Assembly (NCBI GenBank): GCA_951406725.2 | Contig: OX597833.1 | Span: 48,484,001-48,548,000 of the forward strand | Direction: 5' to 3' | Source of the DNA: Octopus vulgaris | Taxonomy: Eukaryota | DNA: 64,000 nt | In this document: piece by piece, positions 52,805 through 64,000 of the stretch | Numbering within the stretch: position 1 is the stretch's first letter | Layout of the letters: every line of letters starts with the position of its first letter | The notes under the pieces: model-generated | Seen by the model: the letters and a program-made list of their open reading frames with translations, nothing else | Database searches by the model: none | Told to the model about the DNA's origin: nothing | Position numbers and translations under genes: made by a program

Positions 52805-53178
52805 TACACATGGAAGGAGGTGCAAAATCACCTCCCTCCGACAAGTCATCCTAACGAGACGTCTGCATTGGCTGGGTCATGCCCTCCGTCGAAAACCAGG
52901 AGAATTCATCTACGAAGCAATTGCCCCAGCTCCCCTTCAGGGTTGGCGAAAGCGATGTGGTGGACAAGGAAAAACCTGGCTGATGACAATCAAGGCTGAT
53001 CTGGAACCCAACCTAGGCCCTTATATCTATGGTGTTCACTGCTGGAATAAGGAGTGGTTGAAGATCACGCGGTCGTTAGCCTCAAATCGCCAGGCCTGGT
53101 CGGCGTTTGTGAGAGATGCAGCATTGAGGATGAATGAAGCCAGCTCAATGGGTGAATGCTGTCTCAAGACAAGACAAG
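52805..53178 (+). mobile_element. RTE-like LINE 3' fragment (second family); partial inverted copy at ~57285-57485
   Basis: RRLHWLGHALRR...WRKRCGGQGKTW...LASNRQAWSAFVRDA; tail caagacaagacaag. Confidence 0.75.
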
Positions 53179-53429
53179 ATATATACACACACTAAGAGCA
53201 AAAGTACATCTGGTCACCAAAATAAACCCTGAGGCATACACTTCAAACCAACAAAGTCACTTGTCCTGATGATGTTTCTCTCATAATGCTCAAACACCGC
53301 AACCAAGAGCTAACCTGAATAGTTGAGTCATACATGTATATGTGTGTGTGTGTGTTTCTAACACTCCCAAACATACAGTATATTGGGAAATGCAGATAAG
53401 CTCATGCATTTATAATATGTTTCTGTTCC

Positions 53430-53846
53430 AAGGTGGCGAGCTGGCAGAAACGTTAGCATGCCAGGCGAAATGCGTTGCTGTATTTCGTCTGCCGTTATGT
53501 TCTGAGTTCAAATTCCGCCGAGGTCGACTTTGCCTTTCATCCTTTTGGGGTCGATAAATTAAGTACCAGTTACGCACTGGTGTTGATGTAATCGACTTAA
53601 TCCATTTGTCTGTCCTTGTTTGTCCCCTCTGTGTTTAGCCCCTTGTGGGTAGTAAAGAAATAGGTATTTCGTCTGTTGCTACGTTCTGAGTTCAAATTCC
53701 GCCGCGGTCGACTTTGCCTTTCATCCTTTTGGGGTCGATAAATTAAGTACCAGTTACGCACTGGTGTTGATGTAATCAACTTAATCTGTTTGTCTGTCCG
53801 TGTTTGTCCGCTCTGTGTTTAGCCCCTTGTGGGTTGTAAAGAAATA
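53430..53846 (+). mobile_element. SINE family B dimer inserted into the exon 11 acceptor region
   Basis: 19-bp TSD tataatatgtttctgttcc at 53411-53429 and 53847-53865. Confidence 0.85.
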
Positions 53847-53879
53847 TATAATATGTTTCTGTTCCTCTAATATTTTCAG

Positions 53880-53942
53880 TTAGACAAACCAGTAAAAGCT
53901 GAAGGAAATGTAGAGTTTGGCTCATGTCATTAATGAAAATGG
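53880..53942 (+). pseudogene. Duplicated, frameshifted 5' fragment of exon 11 with its own intact acceptor
   Basis: tattttcag|TTAGACAAACCAGTAAAAGCTGAAGGAAATGTAGAGTTTGG... copies 54242-54305 with a 1-nt deletion (GTAGAG vs GTAGAAG) and lacks the exon 11 donor. Confidence 0.85.
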
Positions 53943-54241
53943 CTCATGTCATTAATCGACTTAATCCATTTGTCTGTCCTTGTTTGTCCCCTCTGTGTTT
54001 AGTCCCTTGTGGGTAGTAAAGAAATAGGTATTTCGTCTGTTGCTACGTTCTGAGTTCAAATTCCGCCGCGGTCGACTTTGCCTTTCATCCTTTCAGGATC
54101 GATAAATTAAGTACCAGTTACGCACTGGGGGTCGATGTAATCAACTTAATCTGTTTGTCTGTCCGTGTTTGTCCGCTCTGTGTTTAGCCCCTTGTGGGTT
54201 GTAAAGAAATATATATGTTTCTGTTCCTCTAATATTTTCAG

Positions 54242-54403
54242 TTAGACAAACCAGTAAAAGCTGAAGGAAATGTAGAAGTTTGGCTCATGTCATTAATGAA
54301 AATGGCGCAAAAGTCTCTCCATGGAATCATAAGGAAAGCTGCAAATGCAATAGAAGAATCAAATTTTAAACTATTGGAGTTTCTCAATTCATTTCCAGCA
54401 CAA
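54242..54403 (+). CDS. DNAH5: Dynein heavy chain, exon 11 in window
   Basis: tttcag|TTA; [30 protein letters not shown]...[11 protein letters not shown]; donor |gtaagt. Confidence 0.93.
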
Positions 54404-54609
54404 GTAAGTAATTGGGATTCTGTTATACAAACCATGATTTTTCTTAAGTTGAACAAATTTGTCCTTTACCAAAAATATCTTTGTCCTTTATCAAAAAAAA
54501 AAAAAAAATGCTGGAACTTTCATAGTGATTTATGTGTCTTTTAAGGACAATGTCTTTGCATTTTTTTGTCTCTGTATGCATTTTTGATAATGTTATTGCC
54601 ATATATTTT

Positions 54610-55011
54610 GGATCTTTTCGGTTTGAACGGTAGTTTTTAACATAATTTCTAGGTAACTAAAAAATTTTAAACTTCGTATACTGGTAAAATGTGTTTATAA
54701 AACATCTTTTTCTCTTGGCTTTATTAAGAAAATTTTATATTTTGTAAGATATTTGTTGTTTTTTTCTTCAATTTCTGCAATTTCAACCAATCACTGACAT
54801 CCATTGAGATAAAAAAACATTCTGTGCCATATGAACATGTCCCTGGTTTTTTTTTACATTTCTGAAGAAAAAAAGATACCCTTCCCCCAACCCCTAACCC
54901 TAACTCTAAAACGGATTGAAATGCAATAGATTGATACTAGGGTCATAATTATGGGTGACAATTTCATATGACACCGCTAGAAAAAACTGCCGTTCAAACC
55001 GAAAAAAATCC
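54610..55011. mobile_element. Second copy of the Merlin-like MITE, opposite orientation
   Basis: Same TIRs; TSD tatatttt on both sides. Confidence 0.8.
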
Positions 55012-55059
55012 TATATTTTTTATCTATGGAAACATAAATCTCTACTGAAATATTTCAAG

Positions 55060-55290
55060 GTTGGAATACTTGGGATACAGTTATTATGGACAAGAGATGC
55101 AACAAATGCATTGACCGATGCACGTAGTGACCGCAAGCGTAAACCAATGCAGCAAGCAAACCAATCATTTTTGAAGCTCCTGAATACCCTCATCACCCAA
55201 ACCACCGCGGATCTGAACCAAATAAACCGAACCAAGTATGAGACCCTGATCACGATACATGTCCACCAGAGAGATATTTTTGATGAACTG
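55060..55290 (+). CDS. DNAH5: Dynein heavy chain, exon 12 in window
   Basis: tttcaag|GTT; [13 protein letters not shown]...[21 protein letters not shown]; donor |gttagt. Confidence 0.93.
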
Positions 55291-55504
55291 GTTAGTAATT
55301 TCCCCCAAAACATTCAAAATTATTGATATATTATTACTAGTAATTTCCACCAACTTTTCAAGCTGCTCTTTAACCTTAAGCTTTTAAATCATCGTCATCG
55401 TCATCGTCATCATCATCATCATCATCACCATCACCACCACCACCACCACCATCATTATCATCATCATCATCATCATCACCACCACCACCATCACCACAAT
55501 CACC

Positions 55505-55581
<77 letters not shown>

Positions 55582-56289
55582 TTAACGTCCGCTTTCCATG
55601 CTAGCATGGGTTGGAAGATTTGACTGAGGACTGGCGAACCAGATGGCTGCACCAGGCTCCAATCTTGATCTGGCAGAGTTTCTACAGCTGGATGCCCTTC
55701 CTAATGCCAACCACTTCGAGAGTGTAGTGGATGCTTTTATGTGCCACTGGCAGGAGGCCAATCTGGCAGTACTGGCAACGGCCACACTCAAATGATGTTT
55801 TTTACGTGCCACCTGCACAGGAGTCAGCTCAGCGGCACTGGCAATGATGTAATACTTATTTATACACATTGTTTTGAATCAATCATGCATTGTTTCTGAG
55901 CTTCAACATTTCTATGAAGTAATTGTTGATTTTTAGAATGACATTTTTGGGCAGGTGTGAGAGGCTGGATCTGATCAGTTTGAATATAAATCATGCAGAA
56001 TATTTGGGTCAGATATCATCATCATCGTTTAACATCTGCCTTCCATACTGCATGGTTGGACGGTTTGACCAGGAGCTGGCCAGGCAGAAACTTCTGTGTC
56101 TGTTTTGGCATGGTTTTTTTATGGCTGGATGCCCTTCCTAACACCAACCCCACCACAGAGTGAATTGGATAGTTTTTACATGGCATCAGCACTGGCAGGG
56201 TCACCGAGTAACTTGCAAGATAAGGTTTAAATGCTAAAGGATTAAGCAGTATCCCTGGTAAAAAAAGCCTCTACCTTTGATATCTGCTG

Positions 56290-57020
56290 TACAGCTAACT
56301 CCACACTGCACACACTTGGCAAATATCCTCCAGTTCTTTCCACCTCTTCAGGTCCATCACCTTGCATAAACACACATAAAACACCAAGAGCAAAACTACA
56401 TTTGGTCACAAAAGCAAACCTTGGGGCATAAACTTATAAACTTCAAACTAACAAACCCAGTGGTTCTGATGATGTTCCTCCCATGGCCAAGAGCAAAGCT
56501 CTAAACTCACCAACCTCTTCGTTCGTCTCAAAAGAGATTCTATCCAGATGTTTGGAAACATGCTGCAGTGTGTTCCATCACCAAGAACATCGAGCTCTCT
56601 GACCCTGTCAGCAATCACTTCCTCATACATACTTTTCCAATACCTTAAAGACAAACATTAATGATGACATACACTCTCTCTCTTTTCTTAGTGACTGACA
56701 GTAAATGCTTTGTAAATCTAAGTCCATTGGTGACTCATTCTCTTTAGTCATCCACCAGTGAGTTCTTACTGTGGAAAACTTCGGTGAAAGCAATGTTGTG
56801 ACCCTCAGCATCAGTAAAGCTTTCAAACATGCCTAGCATGTAAATCTCCTATCAAAAATTCCTGTCTATAAGTTTCACCCATCTCTCATCTTTTGGATCA
56901 GCTTCCTATCATAACATCACTATTGCCACGTGTATTAATGCAATTAATTCTGTCCTTCATTCTATCAAATCTGGTATGCCCTAAGGTTTGGTTTAGTTCC
57001 CCTTTCTCGTCGTGTACTTT
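56290..57020 (+). mobile_element. Decayed L2/Crack-group LINE reverse transcriptase fragment; related piece at ~53190-53320
   Basis: Disrupted translation LSD*Q...SIGD...FGESNVVTLSISKAFKHA*HVNLLSKIP...HPSLIFWISFLS...SGMP*G resembles RT motifs DISKAFD.VWH and SGVPQGS. Confidence 0.7.
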
Positions 57021-57029
57021 TGCTCTTAG

Positions 57030-57061
<32 letters not shown>

Positions 57062-58228
57062 GTTTAACGTCCGCTTTCCATGCTAGCATGGGTTGGACGG
57101 TTCAACTGGGGTCTGGGAAGCCTGAAGGCTGCACCAGGCCAGTCAGATCTGGCGGTGTTTCTACAGCTGGATGCCCTTCCTAACGCCAACCACTCCGTGA
57201 GTGTAGTGGGTGCTCTTTATGTGCCACTGACACAGGTGCCAGACGAGGCTGGCAAACGGCCACACTTGGATGGTGTTTTTTATATCCTGTCTTGTCGTAA
57301 GACAGCATTCACCTGGGGTGGGTTGAGCTGCCTTCATTCATCCTCAATGCTGCATCTCTTGCAAACGCTGACCAGGCCTGGCGATTTGAGGCTAACGACC
57401 GCGTGATCTCCAACCACTCCTTATTCCAGCGGCAAACACTGTAGATATGGCGGGCCTAGGTTGGGTTCCAGATCAGCCTTGACTGTATGTATGTGTATGT
57501 GTCTCACTGTCTTTGACAGCATGATAGCCATAAAACAAGCATCACTGTCTTACAAGCAGCATTTATTCATTTTCCAATCTTCCAAGAAAAAATGTTCAAC
57601 TACAAGGTAATATTATGTTGCTTGGAAACAGGCAAGAGTTGGTGACAGGAAGAGTTGGAATATGCTTCAATGAATTCCTTTTCTACTCTAGGCACAAGGC
57701 CTGTAATTTGGGGGGGGGGAGGCCAGTGGATTAGATCAACTCCAGTATGTAATTGGTACTTAATTTATCGACCCTGAAAGGACGATAGGCAAAGTCGACC
57801 TTGGTGGAAATTGAACTCAGAACATAAAGATAGATGAAATATCACTAAGCATTTTGCCCCATGTGCTAAGGTTTCTTATTTCTTTACTGCCCACAAGGGG
57901 CTACACAGAGGGGTCAAACAAGGACAGACAAACGGATTAAGTCGATTATATCGACCCCAGTGTGTAACTGGTACTTATTTAATTGACCCCGAAAGGATGA
58001 AAGGCAAAGTCGACCTCGGCGGAATTTGAACTCAGAACGTAGCGGCAGACAAAATATCGCTAAGCATTTTGCCCCGCGTGCTAACGTTTCTGTCAGCTCG
58101 CTGCCTTGTGCCCCAATGAATTCCATCAGACCCATGCAAGCATGGAAAAGTGTGGATGTTAAAGTTATGATGAGATGATGGTTATACTATGTACATACAC
58201 AAATTAATGTATTTTCGTTCTTTTTCAG

Positions 58229-58401
58229 TGTCATACAAATGTAAGAAGTCCAACAGATTTTGAATGGTTAAAACAGTCACGCTTTTACTTCATAGAAGAC
58301 CAAGACAAATGTGTAGTATCAATCACAAATGTCAACTTCACTTATCAGAATGAATTCCTTGGCTGCACAGAACGACTAGTCATAACTCCACTGACTGACA
58401 G
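58229..58401 (+). CDS. DNAH5: Dynein heavy chain, exon 13 in window (absent from ORF track)
   Basis: tttcag|TGT; [21 protein letters not shown]...[19 protein letters not shown](R); donor AG|gtcact. Confidence 0.95.
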
Positions 58402-60180
58402 GTCACTTGTAATTTAATTATTTCTTTAAATTTTACTTCAGTCACATCCAAAAATCCATAAATTTATTGTTAGGTAGCTAGAAGGAACACCTTCCTCTGT
58501 ACGATTGTCTGTTAATATATTTAATCCAGAGTAAAATGTATCTCTGAAGGCATGTAGCCTAGTGGGTATGATGTTGCACTCGGAATTGCAAGATTGGTAT
58601 TTGAAGAGCAAGGAAAGAATTCCAGAGGGATGATGTTTTGAGAAGGCAGGACTGGATGTAGTGATTAGTGTAAAGCCTGCCAGGTTGAACACAACAACGG
58701 TGATGAGAGGAGGAGAGACAAGTGGGGTGGGAGTGCCTGGGTGGATGCAGCACAAATGCAGCCAGCTCCAAGGAGTTAAGACTATTATAGTAGAGATAGA
58801 AAAGATAGAAGGCCCTGCATGAACACGTCATAAAGGAAAATAAGTGTCAATGAAAAGACAGGGCTTGTGGGGTCGGAGCATACCTGTTTATTTTTATCTC
58901 ATTTGTTTTTAGTGATTGTAATTATCGTTTTTGTGTACCATTCGATTGGATGTGCTGTCCCCCTCTTTGTTAACCCTTTATGGGATATAATAAAACTAGA
59001 AAAGATAGAGAGGGAAACAGCATGCTTGTGGGCCAGAAATCAGAGCATGTCTTTAAGTGACTTTATGCTAATCAATCAGATTGTCTGTAGGTGGACTAAT
59101 GTCCTTGGAAAGTGTTGAGACAATATTTTAGTGTTAACAAAAGAAGGCTGCTAGGTTTCCATTGTGAAATATTCTGAAGGTAACCATTTGAAACAGATAT
59201 GCAGATTAAACAGATGGTAAAGGTGTCATGATTGGACAAATATTATGTGAGAAACAAGAGCAAAGACCATTAAATTGTTGCTATGCAACTGTAAACATAC
59301 AGAAGAAGTAAAGAAGAAAGAAGAATTTACAGTAAGATTACAAGTGTGGAGGATTGTAGAAGAAAACATTTTACTGTTGATGTTTGGTATAGGGTTCAGG
59401 AAAATAAATGAACTAGAAGCAGGGAAATGAATACCACCAGGTATTTTAAAACTATTCAAAACTGAGAGTAATCATCAAACATTAGAAGCAATGTTGATTA
59501 AATCCATGATAAAAGAAGCTCAGGAAGGAACACAGCACAACAATAAACCTTGGAATAAAGACTTTCTGTTATTAATTTCTAAGCAATTAGATAGATGACT
59601 TAATTATTTTTCAGTTAGATACATTCTCTTCATCATTGTACTGTCCAGGTTATCCAATGTTGTGTTAACACTGCTAGTCACAATGCACTTCCTTGCATTG
59701 TTGTAAATTTTGAATGCTGCTACATCTCTGGCTGGGTGGGCAGGCCAACACTTGGCCAACATTCTCACTGAATGGAATGTCAGTCTGCTAGTCTGCTGCA
59801 GGGTTAACCTCTTACAGTCAAGTGAAGTGGAGCAGTGTGAAATGAAGCGTTTTGCTCAAGGCCCTGCAAAGGCCTTGGATGCTGCTCTTTCCTTAGGATC
59901 CAGCAATGAAGATAAAAAAGTATGAAGTCACTACATTTCTCAGGGGCCTTCAGCTCACCGCTCTTTATTCTTCTATTCTTGACCCTCAGTTTCAAGGCTT
60001 TGTCTGTCTTATCTCCAATAATGCATACAATGTGATCTAGAATATGTGAGCCTAACTTTAGGACCTAAAAACCAACAATATTTCGTTTTTGGATTTGGTT
60101 TGCACGATTCTTTATATGAGTTCATGTGTTGAAGCATATTCTGTTGTATCTGGAGACAGTCATTTTCTTTTTGCTCCTTA

Positions 60181-60360
60181 TAATGTAAACAACACTCACT
60201 GGTAAAATTTCTTATTTCTTATTTTTATTTTCCTCAAATTTTCGTTGCATCTTACAACCTTTTCAATAGTCTTGACTCTTGTTTTCAAGACGCAACGAAA
60301 ATTTTAGGAAAATAAAGATAAGAAATAAGTGGAAATTTTACCGGTGAGTATGTTACATTA
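60181..60360. repeat. Palindromic (foldback or MITE-like) segment, ~70-bp arms
   Basis: actcactggtaaaattt...aaattttcgttgcatctt / aagacgcaacgaaaatttt...aaattttaccggtgagt. Confidence 0.7.
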
Positions 60361-60374
60361 TTTACTCATTTCTC

Positions 60375-60940
60375 ATTTACTCATTTACTTGTTTCAGTCA
60401 TCTGACTGTGGTAATACTGGAGCACCGCCTTTAGTCGAGGAAATCGACCCCAGGACTTATTCTTTGTAAGCCTGGTACTTATTCTATCGGTCTCTTTTGC
60501 CGAACCGCTAAATTTCGGGGACGTAAACACACCAGCATTGGTTGTCAAGCGATGTTGGGGGGAACAAACACAACACACAAACATACACTTATATACATAA
60601 AAAGCACCCACTACATTCACGGAGTGGTTGGCGTTAGGAAGGGCATCCAGCCGTAGAAACGCTGCCAGATCTGACTGGGCCTGATGAAGCCTTCCGGCTT
60701 CACAGACCCCAGTTGAACCGTCCAACCCATGCTAGCATGGAAAACGGACGCTAAACGATGATGATGATGATGATACGACGGGCTTCTTTCAGTTTCCGTC
60801 TACCAAATCCACTCACAAGGCTTTGGTCGGCCCGAGGCTATAGTAGAAGACACTTGCCCAAGGTGCCACGCAGTGGGACTGAACCTGGAACCATGTGGTT
60901 CGTAAGCAAACTACTTACCACAGAGCCACTCCTACGCCTA
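60375..60940 (-). mobile_element. SINE family A with an RTE 3'-UTR fragment (~60595-60773, plus strand) inserted in its central microsatellite
   Basis: Two halves of family A separated by taaaaagcacccactac...cgctaaacgatgatgatg. Confidence 0.8.
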
Positions 60941-61322
60941 AAAATATTTATAAGGCACAAAAATATTTATAAGGCACAAAAAGGAAATGATTTTCCCCAG
61001 ACACAACAGAACCAACAATATATTTTTCATTTATTTATGGACTTTATTTATACGTTCGCTACATAAACAATATAATGTTTTGACTTTAATGCTTAGTATT
61101 AAATTTCTCACAATACACACAAGGAAATATGGGAAGACTCTCCTCTCTCGGGCAGAGTTTCCTTTTTCCCCTCTTCAATGTAATAAAATACTTTAGTTTC
61201 AAGCAACTACCAACTATAGCAGTGCAGTTACTCTCTACATTACAGTACTACTAAAAAATGTTTGAGAACATGTACAAATGTACATGCACACACTCATATG
61301 CATGCATGTATGTGTGTGTGTA

Positions 61323-61362
<40 letters not shown>

Positions 61363-61542
61363 TGAGTGTGTGTTTGTGTGTATGTCTGTGTGTGTGTGTA
61401 TCTGTGTGTGTGTGTGTGTTTGTGTGTGTGTATCTGTGTGTGTATTTGTGTGTTTGTGTGTATCTGTGTGTGTGTTTGTGTGTGTATATGTGTTTGTGTG
61501 TATCTGTGTGTGTGTTTGTGTGTGTATATGTGTGTGTGTATA

Positions 61543-61575
<33 letters not shown>

Positions 61576-62797
61576 CTGTGTGTATGTTTGTGTGTGTGTG
61601 TGTGTGTTTATCTGTGTGTGTTTGTGCATGTGTGTGTGTGTGCGTGTGTCTGTGTGTGTATGTCTGTGTGTGTGCATGTGTGTGTGTACAGTTTCAGGAT
61701 TACTTTAAAAAATGTCAGCTATCTCGCTGCTATCTAACATTTCATTCACCAAGTACTACTATATCTACTGACTCACTCACCATCCAGCTGACATCTGTAC
61801 TGAATTTTCTTTATATTTTCTACTTCTGTTGCTTCTCTGGTTATGGTAACTCTCTTGGAGGGATACAGTACAATATCTCTTCTCATTAGCCCTTTCGTTA
61901 CTGAATTTATTTTGTGATGCTCTGTGTTTCTTTCAATTACTTTAAATATAACAAAGAATTTAATAAAATAACTTCGTTATCATTAAGCTAGCGTTAGGAA
62001 CATAAATTGCGCCTAAGGTTTGGTGGAAGATTTTAATTCAAAACTTATGAAAACAAAACATTTGTACTACAGAGCCAGAGGCAGTTCAGCCGGGTCGGTA
62101 ATGAAATGGTTAAACACACTGTGTATCTTTATCAGGGATCTATTTTCCTGAGCAATCTTTTCTACTCAGGTGAGCACCACCACCACCACTGCTACCACCA
62201 TCACCATCACCACCATCATCATCATCATCATCATCATCATTTAACGTCCATGCTGACATGGGTCAGAGGTTTAACCAGAACTGGCAAGCTAGTGGGGCTG
62301 CACCAGATTCCAGTCTGATTTGGTATGGTTTCTATGGCTGGATGCCCTTCCTAACATGCCAACCACTTTACAGAGTGTGCTGGATGCTGTTACATGACAC
62401 TACACGGGTGCTTTTATGTGGAGTCACACAGGCACTTTTACATACCACTGCACAGGTGCTTTTATGTGGCCCTGTCACAAGTGCTTTACACCACCAGAGG
62501 TCTTAACTCTTCTGCTGTGGAGTACGGGTCTTTTTGAGTACAGCAAAGTGTTAGGCATGTACCATACAAACATCATCATCGTTTAACGTCCGTTCTCCAT
62601 GCTAGCATGGGTTGGACGGTGCGACCGGGGATCTGGGAAGCCAGAAGGCTGCACCAGGCTCCAGTCTGATCTGGCAGTGTTTCTACAGCTGGATGCCCTT
62701 CCTAATGCCAATTATCCATATTATCTAGTATGAGGGGGTTATGTCCCCCCACCCACTTTTCTTTAGACTAATGCTAATACACTTTATTAAAGTCACC

Positions 62798-62830
<33 letters not shown>

Positions 62831-63579
62831 TTAATGTCCGCTTTCCATGCTAGCATGGGTTGGACGATTTGACTGCGGACTGGCAAACCAGATGGCTGCA
62901 CCAGGCTCCAGTCTGATCGGGCAGTTTCTACAGCTGGATGCCCTTCCTAACGCCAACCACTCCGAGAGTGTAGTGGGTGCTTTTACGTGCCACCGGCACT
63001 AGGGCTGGTCAGGCGGTACTGGCAATGGCCACGCTCAAATGGTGCTTTTTTTACAATCCATTGCTCTTTTTCTAATAGCAGTCCAGAGTGAAGGCATACG
63101 GCTTAGTGGTTGGGGGTATTCAGCTCACAATTGTAAAGTTGTGAGTTCAATTCCTAGCTGCATGCTGTGTCTTTGAGTAAGATACTTTATTTCATGCTGC
63201 TCTAGTCTATTCATCTGGCAAAGATAGGTTGTAGCATTATTTCAAAAAGACCGGCCTTGTCACATTCTATGGCACACTGAATCTCCCTGAGAACCACTTT
63301 AATGGTATGCATGTCTGTGGAGTACTCAGCCACTTGCATGTTAATTTCATGAGCAGGCTGTTCTGTTGGTTGAATCAACTGGAATGCTTGTTATCGTAAT
63401 TGATGCAGTGCCACCTATATCACACTTTGATGTTAGCCAATAGGCCGAGAAGCGATATATGGCACTCAAGTACAATTTAGGCAAATCCAAACTATATTCC
63501 ACTTTCACATGCAATTCCATGTTTGTCTGTTTTTTGTTTGTTATCTAATTATCCATGTAATAATTGTTTTTGTTAATAA

Positions 63580-63774
<195 letters not shown>

Positions 63775-63869
63775 TGAAATTTCTAAGCACTGAATAAATA
63801 CAAAAAAACATAAGTCCTCACCCCTTGCCAAAACTGGAGGAATCTAATGCAATAAACAATTGGTCTTAA

Positions 63870-64000
63870 TTCTGTCAAACATACTGTCAGACTTTCTGTC
63901 AAGCATACTGTCAAACATTCTGTCAAACATTCTGTCAAACATTCTGTTAAACATACTGTTAAACATACTGTCAAACATTCTGTCAAACATTCTGTTAAAC
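63870..64000. repeat. 12-bp minisatellite (AAACATWCTGTY)n
   Basis: Tandem units running to the window end. Confidence 0.9.

Noticed and set aside
53266-53272. CTGATGA here and at 56466 as hammerhead cores
   Set aside because: No GAAA after a stem II; both correspond to the PDD codons of a decayed LINE ORF2 (GPD-like motif).
58620-59570. Purine-rich unique-looking stretch as a nested gene
   Set aside because: No recognisable motif or consistent frame; possibly an old decayed retroelement, but I cannot support a call.

Overview
Eukaryotic, AT-rich, repeat-saturated genomic DNA, most likely an octopus (coleoid cephalopod). This assignment is an inference from the tRNA-derived SINE families and (TA)n/(CAT)n microsatellites. 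The whole window lies inside one + strand gene, an axonemal outer-arm dynein heavy chain (DNAH5/DNAH8 type). Fourteen internal GT-AG exons (2728-63760; 3189 nt, about 1063 codons) splice in consistent phase into a stop-free frame from the tail region through the linker to the AAA1 Walker A motif GPAGTGKT. The start and stop codons lie outside the window. The introns (about 95% of the window) hold tRNA-derived SINEs, 5'-truncated RTE/CR1/L2-group LINE fragments, a mariner remnant, hAT-, Merlin-, piggyBac-, pogo- and Helitron-like non-autonomous elements, foldback palindromes and micro/minisatellites. Almost all ORFs in the supplied track are repeat artefacts. The most notable unannotated signals are: (1) six type I hammerhead-ribozyme-like motifs, mostly in short elements embedded in (TA)n tracts (Penelope-like or retrozyme-like); (2) a SINE insertion plus tandem duplication that creates a frameshifted decoy copy of an exon acceptor; (3) an inverted templated duplication bracketing the first exon; (4) a nested double-hairpin foldback element. 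Coordinates were read by eye; repeat boundaries are approximate.
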